DNA of 63,454 nt, the filler included, from Lenisia limosa (Eukaryota; Protista; Breviatea), in NCBI GenBank assembly GCA_001655205.1. It is 20 parts of 20 records of this genome, joined end to end, with 100 filler letters (N's around TTAATTAATTAA, not from the genome) between each part and the next. Parts side by side here need not be neighbours in the genome. Positions count along the whole stretch, not along the records: positions 6,471 to 12,591 come from LPNZ01007900.1; positions 12,692 to 15,795 come from LPNZ01004431.1; positions 15,896 to 17,452 come from LPNZ01000690.1; positions 17,553 to 25,961 come from LPNZ01005386.1; 16 more parts are not named here. One strand, written 5' to 3'. The position numbers were made by a program, and so were the translations under genes. A model generated the notes under the pieces. It was given only the letters and a program-made list of their open reading frames with translations, was not told the DNA's origin and searched no databases. Of the stretch, positions 12,070 through 23,826 are shown in pieces (the first letter of the stretch is position 1; each line of letters begins with the position of its first letter).

Positions 12070-12591
12070 AACTACCTCCCCGAACTCACTATCTACGGCA
12101 GCCGTCTGGGCAATACTACTCTCGTGGGGGGAGGGGATGAATTCACGTCGGTTCGAAAATAACCCTATGTGACACAATCCTATTTTGCAGTTCAGCCTTG
12201 AAAGTCAAATAACCAATCTCACCCCTCAGCCAATGGCCTCTGAAGTGCTCCTCGCTGAAAACCCCATTGTAAGCCTTCAGCTGACGATTTATCGAGATAT
12301 TCAGTCATATTCTGGCTTGGAGTGAAGTCATAGGGGTAGCATTTGTGTGACCAATGAGGGATTTGTTGGGTTGGTTTGCCCTAATTGCTTTCACAAAGTT
12401 ATTTTGTAATTTCTCCATTTTGATGCGGTGCTGCAGAAGCGACTGGCGTGGGCCTTTGTTTGTTTTGTTGTTATTAACCCTTGTGTGTTGTCAGCCAACA
12501 GAGTTGATTTAGGCTCTTTTTGTTTCATTAATTTTCCATTTTACCCATGTAGGACACGCCAACAGCGATCAGTGAAGAGGAGGCGGCCGGG
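12070..12591 (+). CDS. Hypothetical protein fragment (spliced)
   Basis: Exons FSLESQITNLTPQPMASEVLLAENPI|gtaag and tgtag|DTPTAISEEEAAG. Confidence 0.4.
12424..12552 (+). mobile_element. Family A intronic repeat ending at the 3' splice site
   Basis: gatgcggtgctgcagaagcgactggcgtgggc...ccaacagagttgattt...ttttacccatgtag|. Confidence 0.85.
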
Positions 12592-13084
12592 NNNNNNNNN
12601 NNNNNNNNNNNNNNNNNNNNNNNNNNNNNNNNNNNTTAATTAATTAANNNNNNNNNNNNNNNNNNNNNNNNNNNNNNNNNNNNNNNNNNNNTTTCCACAC
12701 AAAAGTCAGATATTCAAGCGTATCTGTATTCTTGGCTGGTGCTAGATATAACGTTAACTTCCACAGAATAACTCGATACACACAAATTCTGTTTAGACTT
12801 CACAGAATTTGGCTCCGGTAGAGATTGCCACATTTCCAAGAATTGTGAATGTTGCTTTGATGTACGTATATTATACATACTATATACGTGTAGGTGGCCA
12901 TATATACATACATGTATATAAATCTATATTTCGTCGTCATACAGATGCTCTGAAAGTATACATATTAGGTTTCAACATGATCCAAAAACCTGCTTCAGCC
13001 AAATAGCACCTCTGTTTCTATATCATTTCTACATACTATATGATATGCATATTATAAGATCAAAGATCACCCAAGAGTAAACCG

Positions 13085-15790
13085 TTTATTTTTGGGTCTA
13101 TTAGATCGAAGATCCGGCCAACTTCAGTCTGATGAGTCACATCCGGGTCCTGGAAGCCAGACTCGTTGATATCCGGGAACCCCGACTGGTTAGCTTCGGA
13201 AATGCCGTGATCATGAGATCGGTTCGAGAATCTGGGCAGCTCGTTGATGGACCTTTCCCATCCCTATGTGGGTTAGTTCGTAAAATAACAGTCACAATTA
13301 CTATGGTCATTGAAAAAAATACATAGCAATAAGAAATAAAAATCAAGGTTGTATNNNNNNNNNNNNNNNNNNNNNNNNNNNAGATCAGGCAGACTTAAAT
13401 TACTGGCCAGGGATATAGTTCCTTCCATTTTCTCCCCTTGCACCCCACCCCTCTCCTTCCAACCTCTCGTTCAATGTCAGCGTTAGAAGCTTCGCTCATG
13501 TGCCTGAAAAGGTAAGCCGTTTTGGAGAATCAACATCATTTACAGTTCCAATTTTGTCAATTGTTTTCTACAAATTTCAAAATTAAAGTATATGAGTGCT
13601 ATTTTCCAGCATGTTTGGTTCCAATTATATCAATTGTTTTCTACAAAACATTTAGTGAAAAGGATACTTTAAAATTATTCCCAAATACTCTGAATCAAGC
13701 GCCCTGTCATGCCATGATGAATAGTCCTAGATAGTCAGTAAGAGGAATAGTCCATAATGGGGTATGCACTGGGGTGAACCAAATAATATATACATAACAT
13801 ATCATTAATGACGGCTCCATGCTCCCCTTCACGGTATCTTGTTACCAACAAATAACTCCATTCCCCGATTCAACCACAAAACCACCTGAAAACCACAAAA
13901 ACGTTTCCTCCTCAATCCCCATCACTATCACTCCTCATCCCATCATATAATATATGATATGATATATGCATATCTAAGTTAGTCTCTGGCCGAAGCCGCC
14001 CACATTATCACACTTATAGGAGATATTGGATAAAAGTATAATATAAATTCACCCAATCATTTGCCTTACAACTCCATGTACACAGCTTTTTGCCCCCTTC
14101 CCCCCACCTTCTGGGCGGCAAACACAACTTCACCCTGTTCATAGCCGAAGCACAGATATCTTGGCACCCGACTCTGCTCCAACGACACTACTCGACGCTG
14201 GGGGGAGGGGGGGATTGGAAAATTATTAAAAAGCCCAGAATCAACTCTGTTGGCTGACAACACACGAAGGTTAATAACAACAAAACAAACAACGCCCAGG
14301 CCAGTCGCTTNNNNNNNNNNNNNNNNNNNNNNNNNNNNNNNNNNNNNNNNNNNNNNNNNNNNNNNNNNNNNNNNNNNNNNNNNNNNNNNNNNNNNNNNNN
14401 NNNNNNNNNNNNNNNNNNNNNNNNNNNGATAAAAAGGGGGAAGGGTAATGAAGGGGGAATAGGGGAGATGAAGAGCCGATATAACAGCTTACTTTCCCCC
14501 CATGGAATTGCTTGATCACCTCCACCTCCCACCCTTCTCCAAACTCTCGTCTNNNNNNNNNNNNNNNNNNNNNNNNNNNNNNNNNNNNNNNNNNNNNNNN
14601 NNNNNNNNNNNNNNNNNNNNNNNNNNNNNNNNNNNNNNNNNNNNNNNNNNNNNNNNNNNNNNNNNNNNNNNNNNNNNNNNNNNNNNNNNNNNNNNNNNNN
14701 NNNNNNNNNNNNNNNNNNNNNATGCCACGAAGGTCCATGTCTTCTGCTAACAGTCAAAGGAGTGTATTATTTCATCATATGATATGATATCTTATTAGTT
14801 GACCCATGTGTGTCAAATACAAGAAAACACGTGTAAAAGTGCTCCAAAATGGTAAACTATCCATATCTCCTGCCAACCGTTAAATGGGTGTATTAATATC
14901 TCACATAATACGATATACGATACATCCGCATGTTATTGTAACCTTGGTATAATTATATACATGTATGTGAACAATATCCAACAGTCACAATGTGTAAAAC
15001 TATGTACTATGTAAGAATCAATGTCGTAGAGTAATATATGATATGATAGTCGCCTTTCAATCATCAAATAGTGTACTTTTTGTTCAGTCTTCTTTCAATG
15101 GTAATGTGAATACACCGTACAGAAATACTGCAATCAATACCCCTCCCCCCGTACCAAAAGAGCTCCTAGGGGCCAGTTTCCTCGGGGTGCCCACGGCCTG
15201 GGGGCTAGGGGCGGCGTGGCGGGGGGATGACATGGATGCACGTGAGCGCGCACTGAGTGGCGCCACAATCGGCTGGGATGTTAGGATGGCTATAAAAGGA
15301 TGCAGTATTAGATGTGAAATTCAAGACTTATCTTGGTCACTGTATATAAGAGCAAAGGGCCCAAACACAATACCTCCACCCCCCCCCCCCANNNNNNNNN
15401 NNNNNNNNNNNNNNNNNNNNNNNNNNNNNNNNNNNNNNNNNNNNNNNNNNNNNNNNNNAGAAGGCGGTTCCTCAGATCTGTGATCGCTTCCCACCTCCTC
15501 GGCCACGCCTGCTAGAGGCTCCGAGCCAAGGTCGTTGACGTTCAGGCCTGGGGGTTGTTATTTGGGAGGGGGGGTATGATATCATAAAAATTGTAAATTG
15601 TATTCACATTAAAGGATCAATGTTATACAATAATATTAATAATACCCACAAATCAAACCTTTCCCTTCAGGGTCAAGAACAAGCTGCGAATAGCCGCGGG
15701 CGTCCAGCGGGCTATGCGTGGCTTGGAGCGACGAATATTGCTGTGGCGGAGGCTGTGGCGCTGGAGTGAGTTGACTGGCTTGTTGTGGGG
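13085..15790 (-). CDS. Hypothetical multi-exon protein fragment
   Basis: Consistent minus-strand exons with GT/AG ends: PIVAPLSARSRASMSSPRH...; RRVVSLEQSRVPRYLCFGYEQGEVVFAAQK; HMSEASNADIERE; GWERSINELPRF...IDPKING. Confidence 0.5.
14198..14310 (-). mobile_element. Family A intronic repeat ending at the 3' splice site
   Basis: aagcgactggcctgggcg...ccaacagagttgattctgggc...ccctccccccag|cgtcgag. Confidence 0.85.
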
Positions 15791-16075
15791 GGATGNNNNN
15801 NNNNNNNNNNNNNNNNNNNNNNNNNNNNNNNNNNNNNNNTTAATTAATTAANNNNNNNNNNNNNNNNNNNNNNNNNNNNNNNNNNNNNNNNNNNNTGGAG
15901 ATAGGGAATACAACAAGGTAATAATTATATGCATATGTACTATATCTGGCCAATGAATATGTAGAGATGAGAGGGGGTAACCTTTTTACCTTTATAGCGG
16001 GTTTGGTTTCAAAGACCTTGGAAACCAGGGATGAGACTGGCGGAGAGCCTAAAAATAATTAGTGGGTTTACATAT

Positions 16076-16172
16076 GTGCTTCACTTTCGGTTCCAAAAAA
16101 GACTGAATTCTCGATAAATCCTCGAAAAATATCGACATTTTACAGGTGTTTCGGAACCGAAAGTGAAGCTCT
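16076..16172. mobile_element. MITE M1
   Basis: gtgcttcactttcggttcc...ggaaccgaaagtgaagctct. Confidence 0.8.
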
Positions 16173-16674
16173 CACATGCAATATTATTTCCATAAAATAT
16201 GTATGATACCATATGATAATATAAGAATATTCTTGATATCTAATATAAGCGTCATAGTGTGGACGACTTCAGCCAGATACAACATTTTTATTTCCCATTG
16301 CTATATAGTATTATATGATATTTATACATGTCGATATATTATACCAGACGTGAAATATGATATCGCTGTGAGTTTATAAGTTTCCCAAAATTTCAAATTG
16401 TATAACAAAATAATAATAAAAAAAATTCAGCAACCTGTACAATAAAAGTGTTGAGGAATCTAATTGTCTAAAATTCGTAATAATATGTTTCAAATCAAAT
16501 TTTAAAATTAATTTCTCAATTTAGTAAACAAAAAATTTACCAGTTGGTAAAAACTGGGATTCTGTGAATAATATTTTGTGACTTGGAGGTATATCAAAAT
16601 AAATAATACTATTATGATACAAACCTGGGTGGCAGGTCAAAATACTCTTTAAATACTAATACTACAATAACAAA

Positions 16675-17041
16675 CCTGGGGGTGACAGGTCAAACGACTC
16701 GTTATCTTCCAATGTACCATCATCTTCGTCACCGTACTAAATTGTAACAAATGCTAGAAACCAAATCGCAAAAAAAAAAACAACTGTGTTATACGTAGGG
16801 CCTCCCTGCGGTAGGAAAAAGACCAGTCAAATATCGATATTTATCGAGGATTTATCGAGAAATTTAGGCTTTTTTGGGACCGTAGGGAATCCCTAGTTAT
16901 ACGTAGTGTTCCACTTCGGTTCGGTTCCATTTTGATTAACCAAAACACCCATCACCCCAGTCCCCATCCCACCCCATCCCACCTCAATCTGTTGCTCAAG
17001 GGCTTCGAACTCGGCCAAAGCTTGTGCGTCCTCGCGCTGTC
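16675..17041 (-). CDS. Hypothetical protein fragment (acidic/coiled-coil)
   Basis: Exons QREDAQALAEFEALEQQIE|gtggg and YGDEDDGTLEDNESFDLSPP|gtttg. Confidence 0.45.
16796..16895. mobile_element. MITE M1, CCTAC/GTAGG subfamily
   Basis: tagggcctccctgcggtagg...gggaccgtagggaatcccta. Confidence 0.8.
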
Positions 17042-17295
17042 TGAAAGGGATAATGGGGGCAAAAAAAGGTCAAAAACATGTAATATATCATCTGGTTTAG
17101 ATGACCAACCTAAGAGCCAAAAACAATTCAGAGATTCATTTATATCGATATATAATAAAAATCCAATGTGTCTTTATGCTTTCTGAAATGAATTAGAGTG
17201 ACTCTGTGCAATGAATTTATTACAATTATGTGGTCTGAAAGGGATTACATCATGAAATAAAGAGCTTTTGAATCCTACTCCTACCCCATATCTCG

Positions 17296-17430
17296 CAATA
17301 AGAAATAAAAAAACAAAGTTATATCAGGGCGAAGCCGTTCACACCATCACGCTAATAAGAGATATTTAGTTATTATAGTATAATATTAATTCAGCCAATC
17401 AATTGCCTTACAACTTTGTGCACACAGCTG
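17296..17430 (-). mobile_element. Family C copy
   Basis: Plus strand aataagaaataaaa...gggcgaagccgttcac...cagccaatcaattgccttacaactttgtgcacacagc. Confidence 0.8.
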
Positions 17431-19597
17431 CTTGCCTCCTCCTCGCATTACCNNNNNNNNNNNNNNNNNNNNNNNNNNNNNNNNNNNNNNNNNNNNTTAA
17501 TTAATTAANNNNNNNNNNNNNNNNNNNNNNNNNNNNNNNNNNNNNNNNNNNNACTGAATTTCTCGATAATTCTCAGAGATACATATATATGTATCTCGAT
17601 ATTTCGGCTCATCTAAAAAGGGGGTTGAAGCGTTTGTAGTTAAAAAATAAAAGTGATTAAAGTGGAATTTTTATGAACAAAATAAAAAATAAAAGGTTAA
17701 TTTTTGCAACTACAGACGTTTTTTCATAGAGCCACCCCATTTTTAGACAAGCCGATCTTTCACTGTCTTTTTTGGATCGTAGGGAAGCCCTACGCCACAC
17801 CTTTACCCCCCTCCCCCCATCTCCAACTTCACCTTGAAATGCCAGATTGTCTAAAGACGTTTTGATATGCTCTCTCGAGGTGCGCTGGGAATGAAATGGG
17901 ACGGTTACGGTATAGCAGCACAACAGCATGTGTAAGGTTGATCACTAGGAACGTTGTGTTCCTAAAACGGTTATTGGTGGAGGATAAACCCTCGATAAAA
18001 TCTCAGGAAAAACCTTAATTATTGGTGGAGTACCGCAAATAAATACTCGATAAATCATCGAAAACTATCGACATTGCATATCATATGAAGGATGGGTCAG
18101 GTTGATCATGAGGAACGTTGTGTAACGATTATTATTGGTGCAAATAACTGCATTGGGATCAAACTAGAGACACTAGAGACATAATTACCATAATAACCCG
18201 CGATATTCTCAATAATCCTTCGATGAACCCTCGATAAATACCGATTAGCCCTAGATCTTCTCAATAATGACCGAGTAACAAAAAGTCACAAAATTTCCAC
18301 TTACACTCTTTGTACAGATGAGAAATAAAAATGGTTGCATCTGGCCGAAGCCGTCCACNNNNNNNNNNNNNNNNNNNNNNNNNNNNNNNNNNNNNNNNNN
18401 NNNNNNNNNNNNNNNNNNNNNNNNNNNNNNNNTATTGTCATTCCATTCAGTGTCAAAAGCAGCATCACGTTAGGTATAGTAGCATGCGTAACGTTATATC
18501 ATATTCCCCCGTAAGTGCCTACCACAACATGGTGTCAAGTGCAATGTCTAAAATGAAGATTGCCCATATCACGAAGAAGAAGGACCCCAAGGCCAGAGCT
18601 ACAGAGTAAAATTAAAAACATATTAAACAAATAGTGACCAAAAAATAACTCTGTTGGCTAACAAATTGCGAAACAAGCAAGGGTAGCACAGAATGTGTAT
18701 TTTGTATTGTTTTTCCTCATAGTTAATTGACATATCCAACATTTTCGTTCTTTAAAATAGCATTGCTATCCAATTTGACAATGTGATTGTATCACTCTAA
18801 ACCCAGCCATTTCAGAAAAATGTCATATCAGACAGAAACAAGGATTCTGGAATTAAAAACATATGTCTAAAATCGACAAGATGACAATGTTTTTCATTTG
18901 TTGCAATGAGAAAGCAGTGAGCGGGGGGTTGTGGAAATAACGGGGGTAATCCATCCGTCATCTCGCGTATCATTTCAACTTGCAGAGTATCCACCTTTCA
19001 TTCCAGATAAAACACCGATATTAGTAGTTTTCATTCACAAATCACATCATTAATCAGGGGTATACGCGTGATCAGACATGTTGTTTGCGAGTGAGACTCA
19101 ATGCAATCCCACGAACCGAAACGAAGAAAGAGAAGGTTTGGCGAGGTGTAAGAGAGCAATAGACAGAGATTGGCGGCCTAAAAGGTAAACCACCTTGTAT
19201 TCTTGCTATTTGAGGCTAACAAACCTGGAAATACCAGTGATTTAAAGGAAGAAAGTCCATCCAGGATCAGCAAATCTGAAATGTACAACTATTTCGAGAT
19301 TCTCTGAACACCACGTTCAGTATTTTCCAGATTAAGCAAATAACAGCGGTTTAGGCTCTTGGAGGTCGCTTGAAAGTGAATGGGGGCACGCTATTTGACA
19401 GTCAAAAGAGTTGACAGTAATTTACAGAATATATATGAGTTAAACACCTTATACTTATATAATAAGATGCTTTTACGGGAGAAAGAGGTCTAAACAATAA
19501 AAACCAAAGCAATAATCATTTACCCGGGCCGAGAGTGTAGAGTATTTAAAGAAAAAATCTTCTCTTTTTTTTTCATCATTTAAGCCAGTTTATTAAA

Positions 19598-20997
19598 ATG
19601 GGTGATATTCCTGACGAAGATAAGGTTAAGATCGCTAACGCTTTCCTTTTGGCTTCTCCTCCTGGCGAGTTCACCGAGGTCGTTACCGGTAAGAGTTTCA
19701 GTTACACGTCAATAGATACCTGGTGCAGGCAGTTCCCTCTCGGAACATTTCTACTCTTTTTCTGACATGTTTCATGAAATCTGCTCTTTGTAATTGCTCT
19801 AACGTAGTAGATGTCCGTGCTCTTGTTGAGAATGACGGTCTTTTGAACGAGTCCTCTCAATCTACCTACCATGAGTACAACACTACTCAGATGGTTGCCT
19901 GCACTCCTCAGGACTACAAATACAAGGTAGTTAGGCGATTTGGACAGTTTTGCTAGGTTCCCCCAATTTTTTTTTTTCTCACTCTGGTAAGGTTCTCATC
20001 ACCGCTGCTGGCGAAATTGATCAAGAGCACTATCTTGACCCCAAGGGAAAGAAGGTTGTGTCTTTCGACCACATTAAGTCGGTATGTTTCGTATTTCTCC
20101 TGTATGAGGGGCTAATGGAACTTTAGGAAGCCGGTGAGGTTCGTGATGCCACCGAGGAGGAGATGCCTGAATCCCTGGAGACTCTTAGGTTTGTTGGGCT
20201 GCTTTTTCAACAGTTTTAAATGGGTTTCTACCGGTATTTATGCTTTTTAGAGCTGCTGTCGAGAAGAACGTCTCTAACTACGTGGATGATTTCTATCCCC
20301 ACGGAGGATTCGCTGTCTACGCTAAGGACGACGAAGGAAAGACTAAGATCACCATCTGCATTTCTTCTGCCAAGTTCAACCCCGGAAACTACTGGTAAGG
20401 TGTTGATCTTTCCCTTCTTCCCTTCTTTCACCTTTCCATCGCCATTCACGCCAATTCTCTTTCTTACTTCAACAGGAACGGACGCTGGAGGTCAGTCTGG
20501 ACTGTTTCTGTCGGAGAAGAGGGATCGAAGGCCGAGCTTTCTGGCCGCCTCCTCTCTAACGTGCACTACTACGAAGACGGAAACGTCCAGTTCGAGAGCA
20601 CCATTGAGAAGTCTCAGGACATCAACGTGAAGGTGAGAAAACCGCCCCACCCCCCTTTTTTTTTCCTTCCCGCCCTGAAATTCATCATCCTTTAGTCTGA
20701 CGAGGAGACTGGCAAGTCCATTGCTGCCGTCATCTCCAAGCACGAAGCTGCCTTCCAGGTATGAATCTTTCGTGTCGTTACTTGTTCTTTCTTGTTATGT
20801 TCGTTTAAGGGCTTTCCGTAACATTGTAATACGATAAGATGATGGTAATAACGACTCTATAGGTCGGCCTTGCTGAGCAGTACATCCAGCTGAGTGACAA
20901 CACCTTCAAGCAACTCAGGAGGAAGCTTCCCATCACCAAGGACAAGATCGATTGGACCAAAATGAACGGCTATAAGCTTGGTTCGGAACTCAAGTAG
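19598..20997 (+). CDS. CAPZA: F-actin capping protein alpha subunit
   Basis: MGDIPDEDKVKIANAFLLASPPGEFTEVVT|DVRALV...HEYNTTQMV...|VLITAAGEIDQEHYLDPKGKK...WNGRWRSVW...NVHYYEDGNVQ...LSDNTFKQLRRKLPITKDKIDWTK...ELK*. Complete, with canonical introns. Confidence 0.95.
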
Positions 20998-22159
20998 TTC
21001 TCTGTGGGTTTTTTTCTTTCTTCTGTGTAGATATCGGGTATTATTTAATCATACTTTTTTTTTCAATGGTGCTTCCCATTTTTAGCCACGAATACGCACG
21101 CACTGTTGTATGTTTTCAATACATAAGCCGGTTTGCTGCTAGATTACCATAAATATACAAAAGAAAGAGTTAAGAAGCCTTAGACATGAGGAGGTACACT
21201 GATGAGTCAACTTCAATACCTAAACAGTCAGCTTTTCGTTTATTCCAACCAAAACAGGATTTCCTTTATGCCAAAAAGAGGAACACATTGTAATCAAACT
21301 ACTCTATATCAATGATTCGAAAGTTCAGAATAGCAACATTCGTGGAAGCTAGAATTCGGAGAAAATTAAAATGAGTGCTATCATTGTGTCTGGATAACAG
21401 AAAAGAAAATCTTGATGAAATGTCAATACAAACTGTATTGCGTGTAGTTTAACACAATGAGATAATGTAGACTGGCCGCGATAATTCCTGACAAGATTGA
21501 CTAAAGATAAACTTAATATCCATGTCAGGACTTATCGAGGTCAGTGTATGTGCCTGCGATGGGGGTAGATCACAGTTACCAAAGAGTTTATTGATGATAT
21601 GAGATAGTACCAAACAACCAAGCCTTTCAATTAACAAACAGAACTACTTGGTCTTCCATCTGGTCCGAAAAATGCACAATCATGATATTAAAAGACACTT
21701 CCTTCATTCTTTTTGCTTCCGTAGGGAAGCCCACTCCACTCAGTATTAAAAACAGTCCCTATCCTCCTCTCCCGATTCGCTTTACCCCCCCCCCCCCNNN
21801 NNNNNNNNNNNNNNNNNNNNNNNNNNNNNNNNNNNNNNNNNNNNNNNNNNNNNNNNNNNNNNNNNNGAGGTATAAGGGGGATAATTGATTCCTTATCCTT
21901 TGACCAGTATGTAGAAAAAAGTGGAGGAGTGAAGGTACTACTTATTTAGATTGAGGGGGGCTTTTTAGGGACTCGGGAGAGAGGGCATGTATTCAAGTAA
22001 TCTATAGAGAATGTCAACTTGTCTAAATAGCATAAAAATACCTCCTTTATTGAAGAGGAAATATTTCACACCTCATAAACAAAAGTTTGATTCCCTTAAT
22101 CAATATCATCACAGTCCAATATAAATTCGACATATAACTACGAAACATTTCTTCACGTG

Positions 22160-22825
22160 ATTATCTTATCAGGAGAATAGAATAGATAAGTATATGCTAT
22201 ATATCCCTTAGCAAACCCCAATTTATTCCGAACCCACTCACTGGCTAAAATAGAAGCTTCTCCGACAGCTCTGAGAAGAAGTCCGCCAAATGAAATATTC
22301 ACAACAACCTTCTTGTTTCCTTGCTTTTTGATCTACATTACATCAGACGTTGATCTGTATATCATTCTGTCAACAAATCAGAAAAGACAAGTTCAGAAGC
22401 CTCTATTTATGGCAGTTTTCTCAGCAAAAAACAGCTTAAAAGTCTGGAAACAAACCTCGTAAGCCTTGCCAGACATAACGTACTCGAAGTCGTTAGCAAG
22501 AGTATCGGTGTTGGACTGATCGAAATAGCCTGGATAATGATGTTAATTTCTCCCGAGGGTCCACAAACCGGTTTCTTTCTTTCCATCTCTCTGAAGAGTA
22601 GCGGAGAGGCAGAGGTTAAGACGATCATGTTCTCCAATAGGGTAGATCTGAGTGTTCACGTCGAGGTCGATAGCCACATCGTTAGTTTCGGTCTGTCCAA
22701 CAATTCTTGACACTAATGGAGTCAGAACAACCCGCAACAAGGCGCTGCTTACCCTTTTCGAAATTGCAGTTTTCGGTATCAATTTCTCTGATTTCGAGAA
22801 TATCTTGAAAGAGGAACTCGCTCAT
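22160..22825 (-). CDS. RPB8: RNA polymerase I/II/III shared subunit RPABC3 (RPB8)
   Basis: MSEFLFQDILEIREIDTENCNFEK|VSRIVG...DLDVNTQIYPIG...|GYFDQ...ANDFEYVMSGKAYE|IKKQGNKKVVVNISFGGLLLR. The last exon boundary is uncertain. Confidence 0.9.
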
Positions 22826-23737
22826 TATGAATCACTTTGCAACTGGAGAAAGAGAAAAAAAAAAAAAAACTTTTTTTCAATAAAAACCTGGGGGTGTAAA
22901 CGCGAATGTCAGTTTGTATGATAGATTTGTCCAAGTTTGGTTACTTTAATTTTTCCAACAACTCCAAGTCATCAATACCCCCATAGTAAATGTATCATCC
23001 ACCGCCATCAGTACCATCATCATCATCACCCTATCATCACCATCACGAACATTCTCCAGCCCCATCATCATCTTTCACACCAATTGCCCCAATACCCAGA
23101 ACCCAATGAGAATAATATAAGGACCGAAAAGTGCTCGAAAATACATGCATTTCAAAAAACATGCTGTGTGTGAGAATCTAATACATGATGGGGAACATCA
23201 TATCCGTGATGTTAGAGGCAAGTCCAATCGTCTCTCCGGATGTTGTCACAACAAGACCATCGGTTAGTACGTAAATGTCCGGTGGCATTGTGACAAGCTG
23301 TAAACATTAGTTTTCGGGGGTGTGGCATGTCCATATTTATGAGGGAATGGGGAGGTGGAATTAATAAAGGAAGTACTAACCCGTTTTTGGAACCCGTCAG
23401 GAACATTGGTGACTGTATACTCAACTGTAAAAATGAGCTTATTCAATTATTCAGTGTATCATATATGATATATACTATCCTATACTTTATGATACTATAT
23501 GATATATACATGTATATCATTATAAAATATACCCTTGGGGCCACGAGTGTCCGTTTTTAGTAATCGTGGTCTTTCAAAGTGCAATTTAATTCCTGTAACC
23601 ACGAAAACAATCTATATAAAATTACTATATTTATTAGGGCTCTGTGTTCAACTGCAGATGGCTTGTATATTCTATGATCAAATATGTGCTTTATCTTTAT
23701 CCAATTATATCAAGACTTATCACTGTCGTGTAAGAAT

Positions 23738-23826
23738 TAGGGGTTTCCTACGGTTTCAAAAAAGACCAGATATCTCGATAAATCACGATATTTGACAGGT
23801 CTTTTTCGGACCGAACAGAAGCCCTA
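23738..23826. mobile_element. MITE M1
   Basis: taggggtttcctacggtttc...tcggaccgaacagaagcccta. Confidence 0.8.

Noticed and set aside
17810-17835. DNLAFQG resembling a TEV protease site (vector contamination)
   Set aside because: It is an imperfect chance match at an exon/donor boundary with no other vector sequence.
17935-18140. Duplicated aggttgatca...ggaacgttgtgt as another splice-site duplication
   Set aside because: The duplication is real, but host strand and exon status could not be established, so it was not counted.
23212-23300. BTK-like zinc motif (HNATGHLRTNRWSCCD) on the minus strand
   Set aside because: It is a single short segment and I could not build a consistent gene model around it.
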